NCBI GenBank assembly: GCA_963666485.2
Contig: CAXXUO010000001.1
Coordinates: 512,001 to 576,000, forward strand
Direction: 5' to 3'
Length of the DNA: 64,000 nt
DNA from: Syntrophorhabdaceae bacterium
GTDB taxonomy: Bacteria > Desulfobacterota > Syntrophorhabdia > Syntrophorhabdales > Syntrophorhabdaceae
Shown here piece by piece: positions 39,720-49,446 of the stretch (position 1 is the stretch's first letter; the number at the start of each line of letters is the position of its first letter). The notes below the pieces were generated by a model. That model was not told where the DNA came from. It saw nothing but the letters and a program-made list of their open reading frames with translations, and made no database searches. The translations under genes and the position numbers were made by a program.

Positions 39720-40388
39720 TCATACCAGCACCCATCCGGCCTTTCCTTTTTCGGCGAACCTCCTGCCCATATCGAAGGCCTTTTGACAATCCATCGGGAA
39801 AACGTCAGCACGCACCCGGGCCTTTTCCGCGGGGTCGAAACGCGGGGCATACACCCGGGAGTAATCCTCGAACTGGTATGTGTCGTAGCTGATGAGCGTT
39901 TCGGAGCTTCCGAATATGTTTGTCAGGACCATCGTGTTGAGCCCGATGTGCTGGCTGTATCCGCGCTCTTCCGCCATCTCTTTCGTGGCCCCCAGCGTAT
40001 AGATAAAACCCGTTGCGATCTTTCCCGGGAAAAGAGACCCCGGCGGATCGGTATAGGTCATGTAGGGAAAAAAGAGCCTTTCCATGAAAGACCTCATTTC
40101 GCCCGTGACGGTCCCGAAATATATCGGCGAGCCGAGGACCAGGGCATCTGCGTCCTTCACCTTGTCGAGCAGCGGCCTCAAACCGTCCTTAACGGCGCAC
40201 TGTCCATAGCTCGGGCCGTCGACGGTCTTGCACGCGAAACAGCTTATGCAGCCCTTGAACTTGAGATCGTAAAGATGAACGAGCTCGACCCCTGCTCCCC
40301 GGGAGGCGGCCCCTTCCAGGGCCTTTTCAAGGAGAGTTGCCGTATTCCATTTCTTCCTCGGGCTTCCATTTACGGCCAGCACTTTCAC
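39720..40388 (-). CDS. Flavodoxin-family (NADPH-FMN reductase / iron-sulfur flavoprotein-like) protein
   Basis: NGSPRKKWNT, GCISCFAC..C..KD, GSPIYFG. Confidence 0.88.
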   Translation of the reverse strand: MKVLAVNGSPRKKWNTATLLEKALEGAASRGAGVELVHLYDLKFKGCISCFACKTVDGPSYGQCAVKDGLRPLLDKVKDADALVLGSPIYFGTVTGEMRSFMERLFFPYMTYTDPPGSLFPGKIATGFIYTLGATKEMAEERGYSQHIGLNTMVLTNIFGSSETLISYDTYQFEDYSRVYAPRFDPAEKARVRADVFPMDCQKAFDMGRRFAEKGKAGWVLV

Positions 40389-40597
40389 GGACCCGGACCT
40401 CCTCGCACTTTAATGAAAAGATAATATCACTGAGAGGCACAGGGTGGCAAGATGGGCCGCTTCCTAAAATAAACAGGGAAAGAGCGGCCGGGTGCCGGGA
40501 AAGAAATAAGGATTGCAAGAAATGCCGATGTATAAGACAATGGGGGGTATACTTGTCGGAATGCGCAACACAAATCTAACTTTAAGGAGGGGGTAGT

Positions 40598-40969
40598 ATG
40601 AAAAAATTTTTCTGCGGTCTCTTCGCCTTCATTATCGGCATTGCTTTTCTCTTTGCCGGCCCGGTCATGGTAAAACCGGTGTTTGGTGCCGACGAGAAAC
40701 CGTCCGGGTCTACTGACAAGAAAAAGAAGAGCGGAAAGAAGAAAAAAGGTGACGACGCGAAAACAGGCGAGGACCAGTCCGCCGGACAGACAAAGACCGG
40801 AACGGCGACAACCCCGACCAAGACAATGACCCAGCCCGCCACCAAGACACAGGGCGCAGTCTCCTCCGGGTCACCGGCCGATGCAACAGATAAGGGTAAG
40901 ACGGAAAGCAAGAAGAAGAAGACGGGAAAGAAGAAGGGATCCGACAAGGATACCGAGCCTCCCAAATAA
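40598..40969 (+). CDS. Secreted Lys/Thr-rich low-complexity protein
   Basis: AAGGAGG RBS; signal peptide; KKKK.GKKK repeated twice. Confidence 0.7.
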   Translation: MKKFFCGLFAFIIGIAFLFAGPVMVKPVFGADEKPSGSTDKKKKSGKKKKGDDAKTGEDQSAGQTKTGTATTPTKTMTQPATKTQGAVSSGSPADATDKGKTESKKKKTGKKKGSDKDTEPPK

Positions 40970-40982
40970 TCAGGCAATAAAG

Positions 40983-41019
40983 AAAAACCGCCGGCCTTTC
41001 GCGTGCCGGCGGTTTTTTT
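40983..41019. terminator. Bidirectional intrinsic terminator
   Basis: AAAAACCGCCGGC-loop-GCCGGCGGTTTTTTT between convergent genes. Confidence 0.8.
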
Positions 41020-41029
41020 GTGGCGAGCC

Positions 41030-44000
41030 TTACCTTCCAATCCGTACCAATTCCGTAGCGATGTCCCGGTTGTAAGGGTCCATCTTCATCGCTCTCAAGA
41101 GGAGCTCTCCCGCCTTTTTCCGATCATTCGCCCGGACATACATCATTGCCAGCTCCATGATAGTTTGTGCGTCGATCCCTTTCATCTTGAGCATGGCCTC
41201 TCCGGCGGGGATCCCGTTGCCCGTGTCGTTGAGGCCCCGATAGACCTGGAATAGATTTTTACCGACACCATTGTCCTTGTCTCTATCCCCGACCGCGAGA
41301 AATACCGGCAGCGCCCGGCTGTAATCCTTCAATGCCAGAAGAACATTGCCTTGCGCTATGCGGGGAGCAACACTCCCCGGGATCTCCCGCCGGGCCTTTT
41401 CCGAAATGTCCAGGGCTTTCCGGTAATCCTTTTGCTTGACCAACACGTCGACGTAGTCCCTGACGATCTCCTCGCTGCGCGGGTTCAGCCGGTACGCCTT
41501 CTCGTACATGTCCGCCGCCTTGCCCGTCAGGCCCTCCCCGGCGTAGATCCTCGCCAGTTCATGGTACACGCGCACGTCCGTGGAGCCCTCGGAAGCAAGG
41601 GCGCGAAGCTCCGATTCCGCACGGACAACCTGTTTGTGGTCGAGCATATACCGGACCTTGAGGAACCGGATCTCTTTGTCGCGCGGGTACGCCTTCACCG
41701 CCTCGTCGAGGGTCTCCCGGGAAAATGCCTCTTCGAGGTCCCGGTACAGTGATACGTAATAGTCGGGGGACAGCTTGTCTTCCTTCCTGTAACCCGTCAC
41801 ATCCGGCACCTTCCGGGTCTTGAAACGGTACAGGCCCTTGATGTTGTCCGCGGAAGTAGCGGAATAGAAACTCTTCGGCGCCGAGAACTCAAGGGCCGGC
41901 AGATCGTCCGTGTTGTAGTATGCGGTAGCCAGGAGAGGTTCGATCTGCCGGGCGTCGGTGATGTAGTGGGCAAAGATCGCGTCGGGCTTCGTCAGGTTGA
42001 TGCCCTGGAGAGCCTTTCGAAACGCGCCGTTTCCCCGGTAGTGGCGGATATAGTTCTGATAATCAAGGGTCAGCCTGTCCTGCGACCCGAGCAGTATCAG
42101 GTCCGCATCACACCCCCGCCACACGATCCCGTCGGGAAAAACCGAAAAGAACGTCCTGAGGACCATCTTCACATCGGCGGGGTCAATGTCGTATAACTGG
42201 AGCCACTGGCAGAAGATGCCGCCTTTTTTCAATTTTGCCCTGCTTGTCCTGTAGAACTCCTTCGTGAACAGGTTCCCGATACCCGCTATCCAGGGGTTTG
42301 AGGGCTCCGAAATGATGATGTCGTACTGTCTTGACGACGCAAGAAGTGCGTTCCTCCCGTCATCTATTTTCAACCTGAACCTGCTGTTCTTCAACACATC
42401 GCCGTTAAAGGGCTCAAAGAAGCGGTTGGCCTCGACGACCGCGGGCTCCAGTTCGGCGCACGTCACGGAACGCACCGAGGGGAAATCAAGCACGGCCTTC
42501 GCCGTAATGCCGCTGCCCAGGCCGACGATGAACACGTCCTCGGGCGCCCGGTGATAGAGGACGGGGATATAACCGAGCAGCAGCTGGGTCGGCATGTCCC
42601 CTGCCGTCGAGGCATCCGTCTTACCGTTCACCTTGAGATACGTGCTCTCCGAATCCCTGTACACGGAAACGGTCGATGTGATGCCGTCCTTGTGGAATAT
42701 CGGCGCCGCGGAATTCTGGATCTCACCGTAATCGCCGCGGTACCAGTCGGCATAGACTGCGCCGCCGCTCGACATGACGGCGGGGCTCCAGGACGGCAGG
42801 TACGCAGCAAGGAGCAGTGCGGGCACGACAACGAGGCTGGCCGCCGCCTTTTTGATCCTGTTCCGTTTGGCGGTGTATATGAAAATTGCCCCGCAAAGAA
42901 CATTGATCATCACGGCTATTCTCAGGCTATCTTCTATCCCGATAAAAGGAATGAGAATGAACCCGGTTGCGAATGCCCCGATGATGCACCCTATGGTATT
43001 GATCGCATAAATCTCGCCGATGCGTCTGCCGAGGTCGTGGAAGCTTGCCGCATATATCTTACCGGCGAGCGGGAAAACAAATCCCATGACCACCGTCGGG
43101 ATGAGCATGGCAAGAAAACAGAGAACGAAATCGGCCGTGATGATCAGGTTGTAGGAATGCTTCACATAGGGAAAGAGCGCTATGAAAAAGAGCGGGGCCT
43201 TGCCGAGGAGGAGGATGGAGACAATACATGAAATACCTGTCACAACCTCAAGCCACCCGAACGAGACAAGGCCGAAAGACGCCCTTCGCGATATGCATCC
43301 GAAGAGTATGCTTCCTAAGGCTATCCCGAAGAGGAACGTGGTCAGCATGGTCGTAAAGGCGTACGTGGAGCTTCCCAGCGCCAGGGCCAGCGCACGCGTC
43401 CAGCATATCTCGTAGACCATGGATGCGAATCCCGTGAAGGCAAAAACATAAAAGAGCAGCCGCACACGGCGGATGTCCGTCACCGGGGCGCCGGTGTGCC
43501 CTGCATCAGCGGCCGCATCCATCCCCTGCCTTTCACCGGAGGCTGTCATTCTCCTGTTTATCAGCCATATCGAGAGGCCGACCATGATATTGACAACCGC
43601 CGCGCTGATAAGGCTCATCTGGATGCCGGCGAGGCGTATCAGGTAAAAGCCCGCTATGAACGCGCCCAGGGCTGCCCCGATGGTGTTGATGAAATAAAGG
43701 GAGCCGAGCTTCCTTCCTACTTCGCCGCTGTGGCGGATGAAGAACTTGGCCAGGAGCGGGAGCGTCCCTCCCATGAGGAACGTAGGGATGATCAGGACCG
43801 ATACGCACAGAATGAAGCGCACTATGCTTATGGTGAAAAATGATGTCTCGGAAAATCTAAGATAGATCGTCTCAACCACGCGAAAAAGAAAAGGCGTGAG
43901 AAGGCAGTAGAAGCCGATCGCCCCTTCCAGCATCCCGTATGCAAGAAAGAGCGGCGACGCCCCGTTCCTTTTCAGGATGTTCATGAGAGGGCCTCTGCTG

Positions 44001-44215
44001 TCAGCGAGGCGGCCAAAATACCAGCTGCCGAGGGCAAGCCCTCCCATGAAGGCCGTGATCACCGTGCTGACCGCAAAGGTCGTATGCCCGAAAAGGAGGC
44101 TGAGCATGCGCGTCCAGACGATCTGGTACACGAGGCCGCATACGCCGGAAAGGAAAAAGAAAACGAACAAAAATACGAAGACAGTCCGGGGAGTCCCCCT
44201 CGGCCGATCACCCAT
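41030..44215 (-). CDS. Fused MFS-like / spermidine-synthase-like protein with C-terminal TPR repeats
   Basis: SGVCGLVYQIVW, GSLYFINTIGA, VNGKTDAST, VGLGSGIT, AELEPAV, DDGRNAL, YDIIISEPSNPW; TPR-like helices at the end. Confidence 0.88.
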   Translation of the reverse strand: MGDRPRGTPRTVFVFLFVFFFLSGVCGLVYQIVWTRMLSLLFGHTTFAVSTVITAFMGGLALGSWYFGRLADSRGPLMNILKRNGASPLFLAYGMLEGAIGFYCLLTPFLFRVVETIYLRFSETSFFTISIVRFILCVSVLIIPTFLMGGTLPLLAKFFIRHSGEVGRKLGSLYFINTIGAALGAFIAGFYLIRLAGIQMSLISAAVVNIMVGLSIWLINRRMTASGERQGMDAAADAGHTGAPVTDIRRVRLLFYVFAFTGFASMVYEICWTRALALALGSSTYAFTTMLTTFLFGIALGSILFGCISRRASFGLVSFGWLEVVTGISCIVSILLLGKAPLFFIALFPYVKHSYNLIITADFVLCFLAMLIPTVVMGFVFPLAGKIYAASFHDLGRRIGEIYAINTIGCIIGAFATGFILIPFIGIEDSLRIAVMINVLCGAIFIYTAKRNRIKKAAASLVVVPALLLAAYLPSWSPAVMSSGGAVYADWYRGDYGEIQNSAAPIFHKDGITSTVSVYRDSESTYLKVNGKTDASTAGDMPTQLLLGYIPVLYHRAPEDVFIVGLGSGITAKAVLDFPSVRSVTCAELEPAVVEANRFFEPFNGDVLKNSRFRLKIDDGRNALLASSRQYDIIISEPSNPWIAGIGNLFTKEFYRTSRAKLKKGGIFCQWLQLYDIDPADVKMVLRTFFSVFPDGIVWRGCDADLILLGSQDRLTLDYQNYIRHYRGNGAFRKALQGINLTKPDAIFAHYITDARQIEPLLATAYYNTDDLPALEFSAPKSFYSATSADNIKGLYRFKTRKVPDVTGYRKEDKLSPDYYVSLYRDLEEAFSRETLDEAVKAYPRDKEIRFLKVRYMLDHKQVVRAESELRALASEGSTDVRVYHELARIYAGEGLTGKAADMYEKAYRLNPRSEEIVRDYVDVLVKQKDYRKALDISEKARREIPGSVAPRIAQGNVLLALKDYSRALPVFLAVGDRDKDNGVGKNLFQVYRGLNDTGNGIPAGEAMLKMKGIDAQTIMELAMMYVRANDRKKAGELLLRAMKMDPYNRDIATELVRIGR

Positions 44216-44599
44216 TCGATGCCCCTTTTTCAGGATATTACCTGAAGTATACGTGCTTTGAGACCCGGGCACAAGCTAAGTGAGCTCTTATCAATTTGGC
44301 CCGATACATTTATCGAAGGGCAGGGTATAATCCGGTCATGAGCAAGCGCGCCTTGTCAGTTCACGAAAGCCATTGAGCCGGTCATCCCGGGGGAGACCCC
44401 TTTTTATGAACCGCTTAAGCCCGTATTGGAAAAGTACGGCAAACGAATGGGCGAGGCCACAGTAATCCGGTAATACGTGAAGTTTGCAGCTTCACGTCCG
44501 GGAGGACCTGTATGAGTTGCTTCTTGACCCAATCCGGCCGATAATAATTGGTATATTTCAGTGTTCGGGCGTCAAAAAATAGAAAAGGAGGGGCGCGCG

Positions 44600-45415
44600 G
44601 TGATCTATGGGGCAACCAACAACCCGCTTCGGCCGTTAAAAAGTGAGATCAAGGCTATAGCCGCCCTTGGCTTCGATTACCTGGAATTGTGCCTCGACCC
44701 GCCACAGGGCCTGCCCGGTATGCTCAGGCCGAAAATTGCCGAGATCACGTCTATCCTTGAAGGGGAAGGCCTCCGGCTGCCGGTCGCCCACCTGCCGACC
44801 TTTATATCGCTTGCCGACATCTACGCCTCGATCCGTGAAGCTTCTCTGGGCGAGGTGTTCGATGCCCTCGAACTGGCGGCAGAGTTCCGGGTCGAAAAAG
44901 TAGTCCTTCACCCGGCATACCTCACCGGGCTCATAGCCTTTACCCCGGACATCGGGAGAGGGTACATGCTGGAATCCCTGGCGCGCATCCTGGAGAACGC
45001 CTCGGGGCTCGGCCTTACGTTATGCCTCGAGAATATGTTCCCCCGCGTGGGACACATGTACCGGCCCGATGAATTTACCGAAGTCCTTGCGAAGAATCCT
45101 CAGCTCATGATGACCCTTGATCTCGGCCACGCCAGCATCCGCGCCCCGAAGGGCCAGATAGCCGCCTTCGTGCATGTGGCCCGGGGACGTATAGGCCACG
45201 TGCACGTGTGTGACAACAGCGGCAACGAGGACGAGCACCTGCCCGTGGGCGCCGGGCGCATCGACCTTGCCGGAGGCCTTCAAGCCGTCAAGGCATCCGG
45301 ATACGACTCAACTATCACCCTCGAGGTCTTCTCGCCGGACCGCAGCTATCTCGCCGCATCACTCGAAAAGATACGTGCCATCTGGGATAAAGCAGGCTAT
45401 TTCCCGACCCCATAG
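44600..45415 (+). CDS. Sugar-phosphate isomerase/epimerase (AP endonuclease 2-like TIM barrel)
   Basis: GFDYLEL, VLHP, CLENM, TLDLGHA, HVHVCDN..DEHLPVG.G, TLEV. Confidence 0.85.
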   Translation: MIYGATNNPLRPLKSEIKAIAALGFDYLELCLDPPQGLPGMLRPKIAEITSILEGEGLRLPVAHLPTFISLADIYASIREASLGEVFDALELAAEFRVEKVVLHPAYLTGLIAFTPDIGRGYMLESLARILENASGLGLTLCLENMFPRVGHMYRPDEFTEVLAKNPQLMMTLDLGHASIRAPKGQIAAFVHVARGRIGHVHVCDNSGNEDEHLPVGAGRIDLAGGLQAVKASGYDSTITLEVFSPDRSYLAASLEKIRAIWDKAGYFPTP

Positions 45416-45576
45416 ACCTTCTCACTACCGCCGCATCCCGCGTCTTGCGTTGTACGTTTCACGATTCAGCCAATCATCCCGTTTCTCCTTTCCGCATCCT
45501 TAAATATCCTGCCAAACCCGGCGGACGAGGCTATACTTACTGTAGGTAGACATTATGGGGAAGGAGATGATGCATA

Positions 45577-45981
45577 ATGCTCATACCGACAAAGATACTC
45601 GTCCCGACCGATTTCTCGGAACATTCCGACAGGGCGCTCGGGCAGGCCCTTGACATAGCCGCACAATACGGTGCGGAGGTCTGCCTTGTCCATGTCCTGT
45701 GTGTTATCCGCTCCGATTTTGAAGAGTTTGTCCGGAAAGAGGCACAGGAAAAACTGGCGGACCAGCTTCGCAGGTTCCCCCGGGCAAAGGACATGGGCGT
45801 CTCTGCGCATATCCGCAGCGGCATTACGTACGAGGAGATCCTGAAAGAAGCAAAGGAAAAAGGGATAGACCTCATCGTGATCGCGTCCCTCGGCCAATCG
45901 GGCATTGCAAAATATTTCATTGGAGGAGTGGCCCGCAATGTTTTGAAGGGCTCGAAATGCACGGTGCTGCTGACAAAATGA
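45577..45981 (+). CDS. Universal stress protein
   Basis: KILVPTDFSEHS, DLIVIASLG..GI....IGGVA.NVL. Confidence 0.9.
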   Translation: MLIPTKILVPTDFSEHSDRALGQALDIAAQYGAEVCLVHVLCVIRSDFEEFVRKEAQEKLADQLRRFPRAKDMGVSAHIRSGITYEEILKEAKEKGIDLIVIASLGQSGIAKYFIGGVARNVLKGSKCTVLLTK

Positions 45982-46045
45982 ACGGTGACCGGACCCCGCT
46001 CGAAGGGTCATGCACCTTAGAGAACGAACAAAAGGAGGATACCCC

Positions 46046-46357
46046 ATGTATACACGGTTGATCCTGGTAAACTTCGGACCGGGAGCGCGGTCGACCGGGG
46101 AGATGGTGATCGACACGTTTGCCCCGATATATAAAACGATGCGCGGTTTCAGGAGCGCGACGTTCTTCGCAAACCCCGACACCGGTGAATGCGGCGCCTT
46201 GAGCCTCTGGGAGACAAAGGAGGATGCCGAAACGGCGACGGTCAGCCTGTGGCCGAAACTTCAGGAAGTGGCCGGCGGCATGCTGAAAGGGCCGCCCATG
46301 GTGCGGACGTTCGAACTTTACGAACCCAGGCCCCTTCCACCCGAGGAAATTGGATAA
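46046..46357 (+). CDS. ABM-like (dimeric alpha/beta barrel) hypothetical protein
   Basis: AAGGAGG RBS; GF.SATF..GECGALSLWETKEDAE. Confidence 0.65.
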   Translation: MYTRLILVNFGPGARSTGEMVIDTFAPIYKTMRGFRSATFFANPDTGECGALSLWETKEDAETATVSLWPKLQEVAGGMLKGPPMVRTFELYEPRPLPPEEIG

Positions 46358-46420
46358 AACGTCCTGCGGAACCTGTGAAAACGACAACCCTCCCGCACGG
46401 CAGGATGAGGGAGTTTCCTG

Positions 46421-46449
46421 TTGACATGGGAGCGTTTCAGGTCTATAAA
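46421..46449 (+). promoter_or_regulatory. Sigma70 promoter of the transporter operon
   Basis: TTGACA-N17-TATAAA. Confidence 0.75.
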
Positions 46450-46466
46450 ATCATGGACACAAATCT

Positions 46467-46689
46467 ATCAAAGGAGTGGGACCGCAATGGAAGACGACCC
46501 TGGCAGTCGATTATGCCTTGATTGGGGCGGATCGCTTCCATCCCTCGCAGCGGCCATCCGGGTCCTTTGATCCTTATAGCCTCTTCGATGACCGGAAGCG
46601 GTCATAAAAGAGGTTCCTGCAACAATTTCCCTCTTTCACTCCAGTCATAAAGACCGACCGGGCCTCATCCATTATTTGGAGAGGTTGTT
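46467..46689 (+). promoter_or_regulatory. Structured 5' leader with a uORF (46487-46570) and anti-SD pairing
   Basis: Stems ATCAAAGGA/TCCTTTGAT, ATGGAAG/CTTCCAT, CCTCTT/AAGAGG, ATGACC/GGTCAT; AACAATTTC can pair with GAGGTTGTT. Confidence 0.5.
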
Positions 46690-48006
46690 ATGTACTGGAT
46701 CAGCAAGACCATGCACCGGCTTGGAAATTTCCGGGCGCGTCTCTTCGTCTTTCTCGTCATCCTGGGACCGGGGGTCATCACGATGATCGCCGACAATGAC
46801 GCGGGGGGGATCTCGACGTATGCGGTCACCGGGTCTAAATACGGGTTCAACATACTCTGGGCATTCTTCATCCTCGTCCCGATGGCCTATTTTATACAGG
46901 AAATGACCGTCAGGCTCGGTGCCGTGACCAAGCGGGGCCACGCGGAGGCCATCTTCGACGGTTTCGGGCCGGTCTGGGGCTGGTTTTCCATCATCGACCT
47001 CGCGGTCGTGAACTGGCTGACCCTCGTAACAGAATACATCGGCATGACAGCCGCCATGAGCATGTTCGGCATACCGCCTGTCATCACGTTCGCCGCCGTC
47101 ACCATCATCCTGATGGCGGTGGTCATGACGGGAAAATACTGGACGTTCGAGAGGGTAACCCTCTTCTTTTGCTGCTTCAACTTCGTCTATATCCCTGCGG
47201 CATTCTGGGCGATGAAAAGCGGGAGCGCCCCCCCGTGGAGCGAGGTCTTCAAGGGCTTCTACAACCCCAGTTTTCCCCAGGGGCTTACGACAGACCTTAT
47301 CTTTATCATCATGGCAAATATCGGCACCACGATAACCCCGTGGCAGATATTCTTCCAGCAGAGTGCCGTCGTGGACAAGGGCCTCGACATCAAGGACGTC
47401 AAGTTTGGAAAGATAGAGACCTTTGTGGGCGCCTTCCTGACATGCCTTGTGGCCGCCTTCATCATTATCGCGACGGGGGCTGCATTTTATTATCACAACC
47501 CCCCGATCACCGTGGAGGATGCGCGGCAGACAGCCGACGCCATCGTTCCCCTCATGCCACACGGAAGGGGCTCATGGGCCCGGATGTTCTTCGCAATCGG
47601 CCTGTTCGATGCAGGGTTCCTCGGCGCTCTGTGCATATCGCTTTCGACATCCTGGGCTGTGGGAGAGGTGTTCGGATGGGCGCACTCGCTCAACAAGGGC
47701 GTTAAGGACGCACCCTGGTTCTATTTCATCTACTTTTTCATTCTCGCAACGGCCGGCGCGATCGTTCTCATCCCCGGGGCACCGCTCATCACGATCACCA
47801 TGTTCGTCCAGGTCGTCGCGGTGACGCTCCTGCCTGCCGCCCTTATATTCCTTATCCTTCTTTTGAACGATGAAACTTTGATGGGCCAGTACAAGAACAC
47901 GCGGTCGCAGAACATTATCAACTGGAGCATCACCATCTTCGTTATTTTCATGTCGAGCCTGTACGGCATTTCCGTTCTCTTTCCCGAACTGTTCGGGCAA
48001 GGATAG
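46690..48006 (+). CDS. NRAMP-related divalent-cation transporter (probable Mg2+, NrmT-like)
   Basis: GPGVITMIADNDAGGISTY (no canonical DPGN), QEMTVRLG, ANIGTTITPWQIFFQQS; adjacent MgtE-N/CBS gene. Confidence 0.85.
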   Translation: MYWISKTMHRLGNFRARLFVFLVILGPGVITMIADNDAGGISTYAVTGSKYGFNILWAFFILVPMAYFIQEMTVRLGAVTKRGHAEAIFDGFGPVWGWFSIIDLAVVNWLTLVTEYIGMTAAMSMFGIPPVITFAAVTIILMAVVMTGKYWTFERVTLFFCCFNFVYIPAAFWAMKSGSAPPWSEVFKGFYNPSFPQGLTTDLIFIIMANIGTTITPWQIFFQQSAVVDKGLDIKDVKFGKIETFVGAFLTCLVAAFIIIATGAAFYYHNPPITVEDARQTADAIVPLMPHGRGSWARMFFAIGLFDAGFLGALCISLSTSWAVGEVFGWAHSLNKGVKDAPWFYFIYFFILATAGAIVLIPGAPLITITMFVQVVAVTLLPAALIFLILLLNDETLMGQYKNTRSQNIINWSITIFVIFMSSLYGISVLFPELFGQG

Positions 48007-48017
48007 GAGGAGGTCCC

Positions 48018-49274
48018 ATGAACGACTCTACATACAACAACGGGCCCGGGTTTGAATTCCTCTGGTTCTCCGAGCTGCTGTCGCGCCCGGTAAACGCCGG
48101 GCAGGCAGGCAAAAAGCTCGGCAAGCTCACAGACCTCGTTTTCGAGCTCGTCGAGCCCCATCCCCATGCCAGGGGAATATTCCTCGACCATGGGTGGGGA
48201 AAACCGACCGAGTTCATACCCTGGGACAGGGTCATCGAGATCACCCCGGATGCCATAGTCGTCGAGCCGCCGGAAGATGGCGAGGCTTATCCCCCCTTTC
48301 AGGACCAGCCGGGCTGGATGCTCCTCAACCAGCATCTCATGGGCAGGAGCATCCTCGACATCGACGGGAGGAAAGTGGAGGTTGTCAACGACATTCATTT
48401 GCTGTTAACCAAAGGCCAGCTGATCATCGTTCATGTCGATGTTTCCATGAACGGGTTCCTGCGAAAATGGGGATTCAAGGACGTCCGCTGGATAAAGGAC
48501 CGCCTTATTTCCTGGAAGTGGGTGCAGCCCTTTTCCGTTGAGGATGCCGTCGCCACCGATTCCCTGTCCCTCGCCATCAGGAGGGAACAGGCGCTCGATA
48601 TGCCCGGGGAGGACCTGGCCGATGTCGTGGAGATGCTTTCCGGCGAACAGCAGGAAGCGTTTTTCTCCGCCCTCGATGCCGAGAAGGCCGCCGAGACCCT
48701 TATTCACGCCGAACCGCGGGCCAGGCGCCAGCTGATCGAAGACTTGACCGAAGAGCGTGCGAGGTCCATCCTTGCAGAGCTGTCCCTGCCGCAGCTCGCG
48801 GACATCTTTTCGGACCTTCCTCACGACGATGTGACAGAATTGATGAAATTACTTACCGAGGAGCAGAAGGAACAGCTCCAGCACATGTTATACGATGATG
48901 AGGTCACGGCGCAGAGGTTCATGGTCCCCAACTTCCTGCACTTCCCGCCGGACGCCCTGGTAGGGGAGACGCTGGGTGCGATCAGGCAGTCGAAACTGGA
49001 GATCGACGCAATTTCATACATTTATGTCGTTAGCGACGAGATGGTCCTGCAGGGCGTCGTCGATATCCGCGAGCTGATACTGGCATCCGACGACATGCGA
49101 TTGCAGGACATCATGTCGACATCGGTCGTTTCCGCCGAAGTGACAAAAAAGATCGAGGAAGTCGAAGAGATGTTCGATAAATACCATTTCCGGATGATCC
49201 CGGTCGTGGACACGTACGACCGCCTGACAGGCGCCATCTATGCAAATGATGTGGTAAAACCGTCTGATCAATAA
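48018..49274 (+). CDS. PRC-barrel, MgtE intracellular N-domain and CBS-pair protein
   Basis: LGKLTDLV, ILDIDGRKV.VVNDI, DLADVVE, SYIYVV..L.GVVDIREL, IPVVD..RL.GAI; no TM segment. Confidence 0.85.
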   Translation: MNDSTYNNGPGFEFLWFSELLSRPVNAGQAGKKLGKLTDLVFELVEPHPHARGIFLDHGWGKPTEFIPWDRVIEITPDAIVVEPPEDGEAYPPFQDQPGWMLLNQHLMGRSILDIDGRKVEVVNDIHLLLTKGQLIIVHVDVSMNGFLRKWGFKDVRWIKDRLISWKWVQPFSVEDAVATDSLSLAIRREQALDMPGEDLADVVEMLSGEQQEAFFSALDAEKAAETLIHAEPRARRQLIEDLTEERARSILAELSLPQLADIFSDLPHDDVTELMKLLTEEQKEQLQHMLYDDEVTAQRFMVPNFLHFPPDALVGETLGAIRQSKLEIDAISYIYVVSDEMVLQGVVDIRELILASDDMRLQDIMSTSVVSAEVTKKIEEVEEMFDKYHFRMIPVVDTYDRLTGAIYANDVVKPSDQ

Positions 49275-49290
49275 CGAAGGAGCACCCGCC

Positions 49291-49404
49291 ATGCCAAGGA
49301 TAAAAATGACCCCCACGGTCAGGATCGCACTTTTCTTTCTCTGGTTCTACCTCCTGTTCCTGATGATCCTCATCCTGATAAAATTCATCCGGGTCATCGG
49401 GTAA
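49291..49404 (+). CDS. 37-aa single-pass membrane peptide (absent from the ORF track)
   Basis: AAGGAG RBS; MPRIKMTPTVRIALFFLWFYLLFLMILILIKFIRVIG. Confidence 0.7.
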   Translation: MPRIKMTPTVRIALFFLWFYLLFLMILILIKFIRVIG

Positions 49405-49446
49405 TGTCCCGCGTATTGCCGGCCCGGCACCGCCAGAAAGCGGTGC

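Noticed and set aside
44258..44473. Frame with an in-frame TGA followed by ASAPCQFTKAIEPVIPGETPFYEPLKPVLEKYGKR, as a third selenoprotein
   Set aside because: No RBS or convincing start, no recognisable redox fold or clear SECIS; at most a gene remnant.
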